From NCBI GenBank assembly GCA_964434195.1, contig CAYSUI010000004.1, positions 4,245 through 68,244 on the forward strand: a DNA stretch of 64,000 nt, given 5' to 3'. A program made the translations under genes and the position numbers. The DNA comes from an uncultured Candidatus Saccharibacteria bacterium. Its GTDB lineage: Bacteria > Patescibacteriota > Doudnabacteria > UBA920. Positions within the stretch are counted from its first letter, which is position 1; each line of letters starts with the position of its first letter. A model generated the notes under the pieces. The model saw only the letters and a program-made list of their open reading frames with translations. It was not told the origin of the DNA and did no database searches. Shown in pieces: positions 8,247-17,574 of this stretch.

Positions 8247-11200
8247 ATGAATTTCACTCATTTACATTGCCACACCCACTACTCGTTATTAGATGGCCTA
8301 AGCAAACCTGAACCCTTAGTAGAAAAAGCAAAAAACCTTGGAATGACTGCTCTTAGCATAACTGACCACGGAGTGCTTTATGGTGCTGTCGAATTTTACA
8401 ACCTATGTCATGATGCGGGCATAAAACCCATAATAGGAATGGAAAGTTATGTAGCCCCACGAACCCGTTTCGATAAAGAAGGCAAAATCGATAGCGATTA
8501 TTACCATCTAACCCTACTCGCAAAAAATTACACAGGTTATCAAAACCTTCTTATGTTAGCCAGCCTTTCTCACACCGAAGGTTTTTACTATAAACCCAGA
8601 GTAGACAAGGAGCTACTTCAAAAATACCACGAGGGTATTATTGCTCTATCTGGTTGCCCAAGAGGAGAAATCGGTAGGAAATTACAGACAAGCACGAAAG
8701 AAGGTGAGAAAGCCTTAGAAGAATATTTAAACATTTTTGGTAAAGAAAATTTCTATATCGAACTCCAGCGCACCAGTGCAAACCCTGATCCAGAGTTAGC
8801 AAAAATATTCGACTCAATGGCCGAGTTAGCCAAAAGAAAAAATATACCCGTAGTCGCCACTCAAGACTCTCACTATATAGACAAAGAGGACGCCGAAGCT
8901 CAAGACATTATGGTCTGTATAGGAATTGGAAAAACAGTAAACGATCCAAACAGATTGGACATGCGTCAGCATGACCTATCGCTCAGGTCCCCGCAGGAAA
9001 TGATAAATCTTTTTAAAGATATTCCCGAAGCAATCGAAAATACTAACAAGATTGCTGAAATGTGCAATCTCGAAATTCCAATTAACCAAAGATACTTCCC
9101 TAAGGTAAAACTTCCAGAAGGAAAAAGCGCAGAGGAACACCTCACGGATACAGTTCACGAAAAATCTTACGCTAAATACGGAAAAGACGGAAGCATTCCT
9201 GAAGAAATACTCACTCGAATAGACTATGAGCTAGATATTATTTGCAAAAAAGGATTCGCACCGTACTTTCTAATGGTCGCAGATATTGTTCATGGCTCAC
9301 ACGAAATAGGTGCAATTACAAACACAAGGGGATCTGCTGCTGGTAGCATTGTTGGTTATATACTCGAAATAACCAATGTAGACCCACTCTACTACGAACT
9401 TCCTTTCGAACGCTTTTTAACTATGCACCGACCCACCCCACCCGATATTGACCTCGATATTTCTGACGTAAAAAGAGACGATGCAATTCGCTACATCACA
9501 GAAAGCTATGGTAAAGACAAGGTTGCTCAAATTATTACATTTGGAACAATGATGGCAAGAGCAGCAGTAAGAGACGTAGGTCGAGCACTAGGTGTCGCAT
9601 ACGGAAAATGCGACCGCATTGCCAAAATGATCCCAATCGGTAAACAAGGTTTCCATATGACCTTGGACAAAGCTATCGAAATGTCAGCCGAGCTAAAAGA
9701 AGTCTATAAAAGAGATCCCGAAACTACAAAAATAATCGACATCGCAAGGCGTTTAGAAGGCTGTTGTAGACACGCCTCTATTCACGCTGCTGGAATTATC
9801 ATTACTCCGGTTCCTCTTACCGACATTGTTCCTTTGCAAAAAGAACCTGACGGAGAAAGAATGATTACCCAATACGATATGTATTCACTCGATGTGAACG
9901 CTAAGGGTAACGCTATCGGTGCAATCAAGATGGATTTGCTCGGAATTAGAAACTTAAGCATTCTAGAGCTTGCGGTTAATTTAGTAGAAAAAAGACACGG
10001 GAAAAAAATAGATATCTATAATCTCCCCCACCCAGATAAAGCTACTTTTGAATTACTTTCAAAAGGTTTGACCTTTGGTGTCTTTCAACTTGGGTCAGGT
10101 GGTATGACTCGCTACCTAAAAGAGCTTAGACCTACAAATATTTTCGACCTCTCAGCAATGATCGCCCTTTATCGTCCTGGCCCCCTCCAATTCATTCCTC
10201 AATTCATAGCAAGAAAACATGACCCAAAACTTATAACTTACCTAGACCCTTCTTTGGAAAAAATACTTCAAAGAACTTATGGAATTTTAGTTTATCAAGA
10301 TGACCTTTTAACCATCGCCCACGACCTAGCTGGTTACTCCTGGGAAGAAGTAGATAAATTTAGAAAAGCTGTAGGAAAAAAAGACGTGGAGGTTATGGCA
10401 AAAGAGAGAGGTAAATTTATAGATGGTTGCGTAAAAACTGTAGGGTGGAGTAAAAATAAAGCCGAAGAAGTATGGGCATGGATAGAACCCTTTGCCGCAT
10501 ATGGTTTCAATAAAAGCCATTCTGCAAGCTACGCTGTTGTTTCTTATCAGACTGCTTACATGAAAGCTAACTTTCCTGTTGAATTTATGGCTTCTGTTAT
10601 GACCTGTGAAAGCGGCAATGAAGATAAAATTTATGCCGCAGTAGAAGAATGTAAGAATTTAAAAATTACAGTACTCCCACCAGACGTAAATGAATCCTTC
10701 GGAGATTTTACAGTAGTAGATGAACACACTATTCGTTTTGGTCTAAATGCTATAAAAAACTTAGGTAGTGATGTCGTAGAACAAATTATTAAACTAAGAT
10801 CAGAAACAAAAGAAAAAGTCCCATTTAAAACTCTCGAAGATTTTCTAATTAAATGCCATACCAAGAACTTAAATAAAAAATCATACGAAGCCTTGGTAAA
10901 AGGAGGTGCATTAGATAGATTTGGCGAGAGAGGAAACCTAATTTTCAACACAGAGAGAGTTCTAGATTTTCTAAGAGAGCATTTTAAAATTAAAACAGAT
11001 GGACAAAATTCTTTATTTGGTAAATCTTTTCAAATTGGAAAGCTCAAACTAGAACCCTCCGGAGAAATATCCGAGCAAGAAAAACTTACCTGGGAGAAAG
11101 AACACCTGGGAATGTACGTAACTTCACATCCCCTAAAAAATTACAAAAAAGTTTTGAGTAATTTCGGTTCCATAAACGCACTTCAGGACGTACCCCTCGG

Positions 11201-11711
11201 AGCGAGTGTTCACCTCGGGGGCATGATTTCAAAAATGAAAAAAATGCTAACCAAAAAAAATGATCCTATGGCAATTTTTACCCTAGAGGATTTAACTGGA
11301 AGCATGGAAGTCATAGTTTTTCCAAAAACCATGGCTCAAGTAGTCACATTGCTTGAAGTTGATAGAGTAATTGAACTAACCGGAAAACTTAACGACAAAG
11401 ACGAAGAACTTAAAATAATCGCAGATTCAATAAAAATTCTCCCAAGCGACGAAATATATCAGATGGCCTTAAGCGAGATGGAAAAAGAAAAACAAGTCCA
11501 TATTCACATCTCCAAAAACGGAACCAAAGAGACACTGAATTCAATCAAAGAAATACTTACCAAATTCCCTGGTAACGCTGAAGTGGTGTTAGATATAACA
11601 ACCGAAGAAGGTGTTAAAAAAATCAAAACCCACACGAAAGTTTCAATTTCTATGGACCTTATAGATCAATTAACCGCTTTAAAAGAAGTAAGCATGGTTG
11701 GGGAAAAATAG
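8247..11711 (+). CDS. dnaE: DNA polymerase III alpha subunit
   Basis: HLHCHTHYSLLDG PHP domain, RGSAAGS, PDIDLD, YGFNKSH and C-terminal OB fold; no intein seen. Confidence 0.98.
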   Translation: MNFTHLHCHTHYSLLDGLSKPEPLVEKAKNLGMTALSITDHGVLYGAVEFYNLCHDAGIKPIIGMESYVAPRTRFDKEGKIDSDYYHLTLLAKNYTGYQNLLMLASLSHTEGFYYKPRVDKELLQKYHEGIIALSGCPRGEIGRKLQTSTKEGEKALEEYLNIFGKENFYIELQRTSANPDPELAKIFDSMAELAKRKNIPVVATQDSHYIDKEDAEAQDIMVCIGIGKTVNDPNRLDMRQHDLSLRSPQEMINLFKDIPEAIENTNKIAEMCNLEIPINQRYFPKVKLPEGKSAEEHLTDTVHEKSYAKYGKDGSIPEEILTRIDYELDIICKKGFAPYFLMVADIVHGSHEIGAITNTRGSAAGSIVGYILEITNVDPLYYELPFERFLTMHRPTPPDIDLDISDVKRDDAIRYITESYGKDKVAQIITFGTMMARAAVRDVGRALGVAYGKCDRIAKMIPIGKQGFHMTLDKAIEMSAELKEVYKRDPETTKIIDIARRLEGCCRHASIHAAGIIITPVPLTDIVPLQKEPDGERMITQYDMYSLDVNAKGNAIGAIKMDLLGIRNLSILELAVNLVEKRHGKKIDIYNLPHPDKATFELLSKGLTFGVFQLGSGGMTRYLKELRPTNIFDLSAMIALYRPGPLQFIPQFIARKHDPKLITYLDPSLEKILQRTYGILVYQDDLLTIAHDLAGYSWEEVDKFRKAVGKKDVEVMAKERGKFIDGCVKTVGWSKNKAEEVWAWIEPFAAYGFNKSHSASYAVVSYQTAYMKANFPVEFMASVMTCESGNEDKIYAAVEECKNLKITVLPPDVNESFGDFTVVDEHTIRFGLNAIKNLGSDVVEQIIKLRSETKEKVPFKTLEDFLIKCHTKNLNKKSYEALVKGGALDRFGERGNLIFNTERVLDFLREHFKIKTDGQNSLFGKSFQIGKLKLEPSGEISEQEKLTWEKEHLGMYVTSHPLKNYKKVLSNFGSINALQDVPLGASVHLGGMISKMKKMLTKKNDPMAIFTLEDLTGSMEVIVFPKTMAQVVTLLEVDRVIELTGKLNDKDEELKIIADSIKILPSDEIYQMALSEMEKEKQVHIHISKNGTKETLNSIKEILTKFPGNAEVVLDITTEEGVKKIKTHTKVSISMDLIDQLTALKEVSMVGEK

Positions 11712-11721
11712 GAAGCAAACA

Positions 11722-11753
11722 TTGACATAATTCAAAAAAAAGTGTAATATAAT
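11722..11753 (+). promoter_or_regulatory. Sigma70-type promoter for the intergenic RNA
   Basis: TTGACA (11722)-17 nt-TAATAT, with an overlapping TATAAT at 11748. Confidence 0.7.
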
Positions 11754-12313
11754 GGGGCTAGAAAGGCATAACCTCTTCTGTGAATTCACTGAATAGGTTT
11801 CCCAATAGCCCTGTAATGCACATTTTAAAATTAGGTTTTCAAGTGGTTTCCTAGTAGTAAGAAATACTTTCTTTTTTATTGCCAGGAAACCACTTGCCGG
11901 AAAAGCTTCGGCGAGCGCAACCTGCACGCAAGTGCAGGCATCCCGGTTGCACAACCGACCCAAAGACAGGTTTCCTTGCTATGGTAGAGAAAAAGTTTAC
12001 ACCAGAGCAAGTCTTTGGGTAAGTAACTATATCCGTCAGAACATGCTAACTAAGTAATGCGCGTTCTGGCACCTCGGAGTCTGCTGCCCCCCCCTTATTT
12101 TTACTCGGCAAGCAAGACTCCTAGTCGAGGAGCGGTAGCAGCAAGAACCCAATGCCCTTGGTTCAACTACCGCTCCTCTGGGGCAAAAAGCAATTCGGCG
12201 TCTATTGAGAAGGGCTAATTTGCTTGCCCCAAGCAGCCGCTCAATTAGACGTAGTCAAAAACCTAATGTGCTCACAGGAAAAGCCGACTCGAAATATATC
12301 GGGCCGGCTTTTT
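11754..12313 (+). ncRNA. Large structured non-coding RNA of unknown family (~560 nt)
   Basis: Long-range closing helix, about eight internal hairpins (two perfect stems of 12-13 bp), a GCAA tetraloop, two possible pseudoknots, own promoter and terminator, and no credible ORF. Confidence 0.7.
12279..12313 (+). terminator. Intrinsic terminator ending the intergenic RNA
   Basis: AAAAGCCGACTCGA-AATATA-TCGGGCCGGCTTTTT. Confidence 0.75.
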
Positions 12314-12320
12314 CTCTTGT

Positions 12321-12349
12321 TTGACTTCCCTAAGCCAAACTCTTAATAT
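12321..12349 (+). promoter_or_regulatory. Sigma70-type promoter for the thrS leader
   Basis: TTGACT-17 nt-TAATAT. Confidence 0.55.
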
Positions 12350-12364
12350 TCCAATATATTTATC

Positions 12365-12503
12365 ACTAAGACCCGACTACCACTCGGCGAGCGATTACAA
12401 ATTTAATAAAATAGCTAACTGGGTTGGAACCGTCTGGTCAACAACTAGACCCCAGAATTTATTTACCATACTTTTGGTAATTAAATTCTGGGTTTTATTT
12501 TTT
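12365..12503 (+). promoter_or_regulatory. T-box riboswitch (Thr), minimal architecture
   Basis: T-box bulge TGGAACC (12425-31) inside antiterminator CTGGG/CCCAG + GTCTGGT/ACTAGAC; overlapping terminator 12451-12503; ACC in a 5' hairpin loop; directly upstream of thrS. Confidence 0.8.
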
Positions 12504-12524
12504 ATTAACATCTAAAATTAGACT

Positions 12525-14273
12525 ATGCAAAACGAAATACTCCAAAATAAAAGACATTCACTCGCCCATCTCTTAGCCGCAGCAGTAATGGAATTATGGC
12601 CCAACACAAAACGTGCCATCGGCCCCGCTATCGACAACGGATTTTATTTTGACTTCGAATTTAAAGAACCTATAAACGAAAAGGATTTAGAAAAAATCGA
12701 AAAGAAAATGAGAGAAATATCCAAAAGCTGGACAACATTTGAAAGACACGAACTTACAGCTGAGGAAGCCAAAAAAGAGTACCCCAATAATCCATACAAA
12801 CACGAACTGATAAACGAGTTTACAAAAAACGGAGAAAAGGTAAGCTTTTATAAATCCGGTGAGTACTGGGATCTTTGCAAAGGTGGTCACACTGAGAACT
12901 TTAAAGACATAGTACCGAGTAGTTGGAAATTAGATAAGATCACTGGTGCATACTGGCGGGGCAATGCCGAAAACACTATGCTCACTCGCATCTATGGCTT
13001 AGCTTTCGAAACCAAAACTGAACTCGAAGATTATCTAAAAATGATCGAGGAAGCAAAAAAAAGAGACCATAAAAAACTAGGCCCCGCCCTAGACCTTTTC
13101 ACTTTCTCAGAATTGGTTGGTCCTGGCCTCCCGCTTTGGACACCTAAAGGCACCTTAGTAAGAAGCTTACTGGACGACTTCGTCTGGTCACTCAGAAAAG
13201 CTAAAGGTTACGAGAAAGTAGAAATCCCCCATATCACGAAAAAAGACCTCTACGAAACCAGTGGTCATTGGGACAAATTCAAAGACGAATTATTCCGTAT
13301 AAAAACTAGAGAAGGGCACGAATTTGCTATGAAACCCATGAATTGCCCTCACCACACGCAGATCTACGCCAGAAAACCACATTCGTACAAGCAACTTCCT
13401 GTTAGATTCGCAAATACAACTGTATGTTATAGAGACGAACAAACCGGTGAACTCTCAGGATTATCCAGAGTAAGAGCATTCGCACAAGACGACGCCCATG
13501 TCTTCTGTAGAAATACTCAGGTCAAAAAAGAAATGGAAGCGGTTTGGGACATTATAGAAAGTTTTTATACTAGCTTCGGATTCAAATTAGAAGTAAGACT
13601 CTCTTTTCACGACCCTGAACAAAAGGAAAAATATTTAGGCTCTAGTGAAAACTGGGAATTCGCAGAATCACAACTTAAAAAATTAGTCGAGGATAGAAAA
13701 GCTAACGCTGAAATAGTCCCCGGTGAGGCAGCATTTTATGGTCCTAAAATAGATTTTCTAGCCCATGACTCCATAGGAAGACGCTGGCAAGTAGCAACAA
13801 TCCAAATGGACATGAATATGCCAGAACGTTTCAATTTAAATTGTATTAACGAAGAAGGAAAAGAAGAGAGGGTCGTAATGATACATGCAGCAATAATGGG
13901 TTCGATAGAAAGATTTCTATCCATATTCATTGAACATTCAGCCGGCAACTTCCCACTTTGGCTTGCCCCAGTCCAACTTGCAATCCTACCCATCTCTGAC
14001 AAATTCAATAACTACGCCAAACAAGCAAAAGAGGAGCTAGAACAACACCTAAAAAACCTCAGAATCGAAATTGACGACAGAAGCGAATCTATAGGCAAAA
14101 AAATTCGCGAATCAACTATCTCAAAAATCCCCTACCAAATAATAGTTGGCGAAAAAGAAGAACAAAACCACACTCTATCTGTCCGCGCAAGAAATGGCGA
14201 AGATTTAGGTACTAAAGGAATACCAGAATTCGCTAAACACTTGCAATCAGAAATTGAAAGCAAATCTAACTAA
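12525..14273 (+). CDS. thrS: Threonine--tRNA ligase (short form without TGS domain)
   Basis: RHSLAHLLA, DLCKGGH, KPMNCPHH, AFYGPKID, GSIERF. Confidence 0.98.
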   Translation: MQNEILQNKRHSLAHLLAAAVMELWPNTKRAIGPAIDNGFYFDFEFKEPINEKDLEKIEKKMREISKSWTTFERHELTAEEAKKEYPNNPYKHELINEFTKNGEKVSFYKSGEYWDLCKGGHTENFKDIVPSSWKLDKITGAYWRGNAENTMLTRIYGLAFETKTELEDYLKMIEEAKKRDHKKLGPALDLFTFSELVGPGLPLWTPKGTLVRSLLDDFVWSLRKAKGYEKVEIPHITKKDLYETSGHWDKFKDELFRIKTREGHEFAMKPMNCPHHTQIYARKPHSYKQLPVRFANTTVCYRDEQTGELSGLSRVRAFAQDDAHVFCRNTQVKKEMEAVWDIIESFYTSFGFKLEVRLSFHDPEQKEKYLGSSENWEFAESQLKKLVEDRKANAEIVPGEAAFYGPKIDFLAHDSIGRRWQVATIQMDMNMPERFNLNCINEEGKEERVVMIHAAIMGSIERFLSIFIEHSAGNFPLWLAPVQLAILPISDKFNNYAKQAKEELEQHLKNLRIEIDDRSESIGKKIRESTISKIPYQIIVGEKEEQNHTLSVRARNGEDLGTKGIPEFAKHLQSEIESKSN

Positions 14274-14276
14274 ACT

Positions 14277-14308
14277 TAAAAAACAGCATGGATCACCTTG
14301 CTGTTTTT
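14277..14308. terminator. Bidirectional terminator between thrS and rarA
   Basis: AAAAAACAGCA...TGCTGTTTTT between convergent genes. Confidence 0.7.
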
Positions 14309-15441
14309 TAAATAGTGTAGTATTTTCTACCACGCAATTTCTCAGGGAGATAGTCTTTATCGGAATACATCTCGTATCCAGATCCATATCCAATATCTTT
14401 CATAAATTTTGTGGGAGCATTTCTTAACTCGAAAGGCACCTCAAGATTACCTAAATTCTGCACATCCTCTTTTGCACGAAGATAAGAATCATAAACCTTA
14501 CGGCTTTTAGGTGAAAGAGAAAGATAAACAACCCCTTCGGCTAAATTTATCCCACATTCAGGATAACCAATAATACTACAAGCCTGAAACACAGCATTCG
14601 CAACACCAAGAGCACCCGGATCTGCCATACCTATATCTTCTGAAGCAAATACAACCATTCTTCTAGCAATAAATAAGGGATCTTCTGCTGCCTCTATCAT
14701 TCTATTCAAATAGTATAAAGCAGCATCTACTTGACTTGCCCGCATGCTTTTAATAAAAGCAGAGATTATATTGTAATGCTCTTCACCTTTCTTATCGTAC
14801 CTTAGAATGCTCGACTGAAGACTTCTTTTTAAATTTTCAAGCGTAACCTCAGAATACAATTTACCAACATTTTCCAAAATACCTATAGCTTGTCTAGCAT
14901 CTCCACCTGATTGACCTACTAGCAAATTAATTGCTTCCTCTTCTATAGGTATTCCGGTGCTCAAAATAATACCCCTCAAAGATTCTGTACCTAGCTGTTT
15001 TAGCGTAAAAACTCTGCACCTAGATAGCAAAGCCGGTATCACTTCAAAACTAGGATTTTCTGTAGTAGCGCCTATTAAATAAATTTGGCCGGATTCCACG
15101 AAAGGAAGCAAAAAATCTTGTTGAGCCTTGTTAAACCTATGTATCTCATCTAAAAACAATATTTTTGTTTTTCCTAAAAAAGTAGGCAAGTCTAAAATCT
15201 GCCTCACCTGATCCTTACCCGCGGATACGGCCGACAAAGTAAACATTTCTGCCCCAACGGATTTTGCGTAAATCTTCGCCAAAGTCGTCTTACCAGTACC
15301 AGGAGGTCCCCACAAAATAAAACTAAAAATATGTTTTTCTAAAATAGCTTTACGAATTGGCCCATCCTCACCCACCAAATGCTCCTGCCCAAAGTACTTA
15401 TCCAGTGCTAATGGTCTAATTCTATTTGCTAATGGTTCCAT
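14308..15441 (-). CDS. rarA: Replication-associated recombination protein A (RarA/MgsA AAA+ ATPase)
   Basis: GPPGTGKTT, DEIHRFNKAQQD, GATTENPSFEV, SAFIKSMR, SEDIGMADP. Confidence 0.95.
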   Translation of the reverse strand: MEPLANRIRPLALDKYFGQEHLVGEDGPIRKAILEKHIFSFILWGPPGTGKTTLAKIYAKSVGAEMFTLSAVSAGKDQVRQILDLPTFLGKTKILFLDEIHRFNKAQQDFLLPFVESGQIYLIGATTENPSFEVIPALLSRCRVFTLKQLGTESLRGIILSTGIPIEEEAINLLVGQSGGDARQAIGILENVGKLYSEVTLENLKRSLQSSILRYDKKGEEHYNIISAFIKSMRASQVDAALYYLNRMIEAAEDPLFIARRMVVFASEDIGMADPGALGVANAVFQACSIIGYPECGINLAEGVVYLSLSPKSRKVYDSYLRAKEDVQNLGNLEVPFELRNAPTKFMKDIGYGSGYEMYSDKDYLPEKLRGRKYYTI

Positions 15442-15545
15442 AAATTATTGTTTACTAATTTTCTACCATGATTCTTCTAGGTATACCTTTGTACACCTAA
15501 ATATACCATACTCATAAAATAAAAAACATAGCACTTTTCCACATG

Positions 15546-16070
15546 CTATGCTAGGTCATCATAATAATCCTGAGCCGCTTTTTTAAGCTCATCAATCCCT
15601 GTAGGACCGTCACCTTTCCCAGCTACGAAAAACGGACCAGGTGTTTTTCTGACTCCCAAAGCTGTCGATTTCTTTTTAACACCTTCCTTCTTTTTACTTT
15701 TAGGATCACCACTCACCCCCTCAACTAATTCCTGAAACATTGAGCCACAGGGAAAAATTTGAATATCAACCTCAGTAAACATAAAAGGATCATCGGGCAG
15801 CGGCTCCAAAACAATCTCATAATCAGGAATATCCGAAAAAGACAAATTGAAAATCTTAGCTTTGATCCTGTGAAGCCTTGTATATATACACAAAGCTTTC
15901 CGTATTCGAGTATCCAAATAAATATAAACCTCAATCCCTTCCCTATTTGAAAAATTTTCCTCCGTATTTTTTTTGCAAGGGACAATTATTTTTTTTGTCT
16001 GATTATCTACCAATGTCTCTACCACACGAAACATTCTAGGCTTTCTTTTTTTATTATTTTGATCCTGCAT
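15546..16070 (-). CDS. Hypothetical protein (orphan)
   Basis: Start reassigned to MQDQNN, which has GAGGAGG 5 nt upstream. Confidence 0.6.
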   Translation of the reverse strand: MQDQNNKKRKPRMFRVVETLVDNQTKKIIVPCKKNTEENFSNREGIEVYIYLDTRIRKALCIYTRLHRIKAKIFNLSFSDIPDYEIVLEPLPDDPFMFTEVDIQIFPCGSMFQELVEGVSGDPKSKKKEGVKKKSTALGVRKTPGPFFVAGKGDGPTGIDELKKAAQDYYDDLA

Positions 16071-16195
16071 TGCGTCCTCCTCGCAAACTTGTGGGAAACC
16101 ATAAACTTGTCGGAAAACTATAACAATTCTAGGGTATCCATTTTTGGGAGAAAAAACAATAGTCAAACAATTTACCAAAAATAAAAAAAGATGGA

Positions 16196-17485
16196 TCAAA
16201 ACTTCCACCTTGCTGGTATAACCAGAATACCACTTTCTGTTTTTATAGGTACGGGAACTGGTCGTTTTCCAGACTGCAGGCGAACAATCGCCTCATCAAA
16301 ATCCAGCGTACCTTCAGGGTAATATCCACCACCCAGGACTGTCCCTGGTGGTACACATACCCCCTCACCAAGAATTACCTTTTTCAGAACAGAACCTGTC
16401 CCTATCTGGCAATTTCTTAGGGTCACTACCGTTTCCAGAGTGCTTTTGTCAAAGACTCTTGTACCCGGACTCAAAACAGAATTATAAAGCTCAGTATCTT
16501 GGGCCAAAATGACACCTGCTCCAAGTAAACTAGCCTCACAAATAGCAGCGTCCAGCTTCACAGGACCAGGATAGACATTCCCAGGCACTCCGCGGTAAAT
16601 CGGCCATTTTTCATTATACAAATTGAAATGCCTTCCACCTTTCACCGCTAGTAATTTTTGTACTTCGAGATAAGTCTCATGAGTTCCTGCATCAAACCAG
16701 AAACCCTGCTGGAAATCAGCAGAATTATCAATAATATTACTAGCAATATCGTAGCCAAGCACTTCCTTCTGCCCTATCAACCACTGTATGCCGGTATTAC
16801 TCAAATTTGGTCCAGGATCAGCATCGGCTATATGGGCTATCATCTCAATGTATGCTTGCTTGTCCATGCAGTAAATTGCAGTATTCGCACAAGTTTGAGT
16901 TGGATCAAATGAATCAGGATAAGGATTTTCTGGTTTTTCAGCCATAGATTCAACCAGACCACTCTCCGACAACTTTACTACTCCCAATTTTTTCCTTGCC
17001 TCTTCAATCCCAACTTTCTTATACACCAGTGTCGCATGAGCACCTACTTTAAACATTTCATCAAAAACTTGTTCAAAATCCAGTGCCCAAATCTGGTCTG
17101 CATTGAGCAAAATCACATAGTCAATTCCATCTAACTCCAGAAACTCATGCACCCGTCTTAGAGCATGTTGGTCAGACAAAAACTGATCTTGTTGATAGAA
17201 AGGCATGCGGACTGAACCGAACTCTCCTCTACCCGATGCAAAAATTGCTGGATATGAATTAACATGCTCGGTAATCACATGCGGTAAATGCTGAGCGATC
17301 AGCACTATTTTACCAAACCCAGAATTCAACAAGGAAGATATTGGAAAATCGAGCATCACATAGTCTGCTCCAACAGGCACAGCAGGTTTCGGAACACTGG
17401 CTGTAATTGGCCAGAGTCTATTCCCTTCACCACCACCAATAATAATCCCAAGTGTATTCTTGAAATTCGGTTTCGGTCTTTTCAT
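16196..17485 (-). CDS. glgC: Glucose-1-phosphate adenylyltransferase-like (divergent GlgC)
   Basis: GGGEGNRLWPIT..PKPAVP, LLNADQ, AEKP, WFDAGT and a C-terminal left-handed beta-helix; GGAGG RBS. Confidence 0.75.
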   Translation of the reverse strand: MKRPKPNFKNTLGIIIGGGEGNRLWPITASVPKPAVPVGADYVMLDFPISSLLNSGFGKIVLIAQHLPHVITEHVNSYPAIFASGRGEFGSVRMPFYQQDQFLSDQHALRRVHEFLELDGIDYVILLNADQIWALDFEQVFDEMFKVGAHATLVYKKVGIEEARKKLGVVKLSESGLVESMAEKPENPYPDSFDPTQTCANTAIYCMDKQAYIEMIAHIADADPGPNLSNTGIQWLIGQKEVLGYDIASNIIDNSADFQQGFWFDAGTHETYLEVQKLLAVKGGRHFNLYNEKWPIYRGVPGNVYPGPVKLDAAICEASLLGAGVILAQDTELYNSVLSPGTRVFDKSTLETVVTLRNCQIGTGSVLKKVILGEGVCVPPGTVLGGGYYPEGTLDFDEAIVRLQSGKRPVPVPIKTESGILVIPARWKF

Positions 17486-17574
17486 TTTTCCTCCAAAATA
17501 TAGACTAAACTTAATAGCGCTAACTCAAGTTAGCGCCGGTGACAATTATATACATTTTTTACATTCTCTGTAAA

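Noticed and set aside
11754-12313. tmRNA (the 5' GGGGCTAGAAAGGCAT resembles ssrA starts), RNase P RNA or group II intron
   Set aside because: No TCGAC after the 5' segment, no intact T-arm or CCA 3' end, no GAGGAAAGTCC P4 motif and no domain V. The 5' GGGCTA pairs locally with TAGCCC instead.
11679-12515. ORFs 11679-11963 (-) and 12321-12515 (+)
   Set aside because: No RBS or motifs; both coincide with structured RNA regions.
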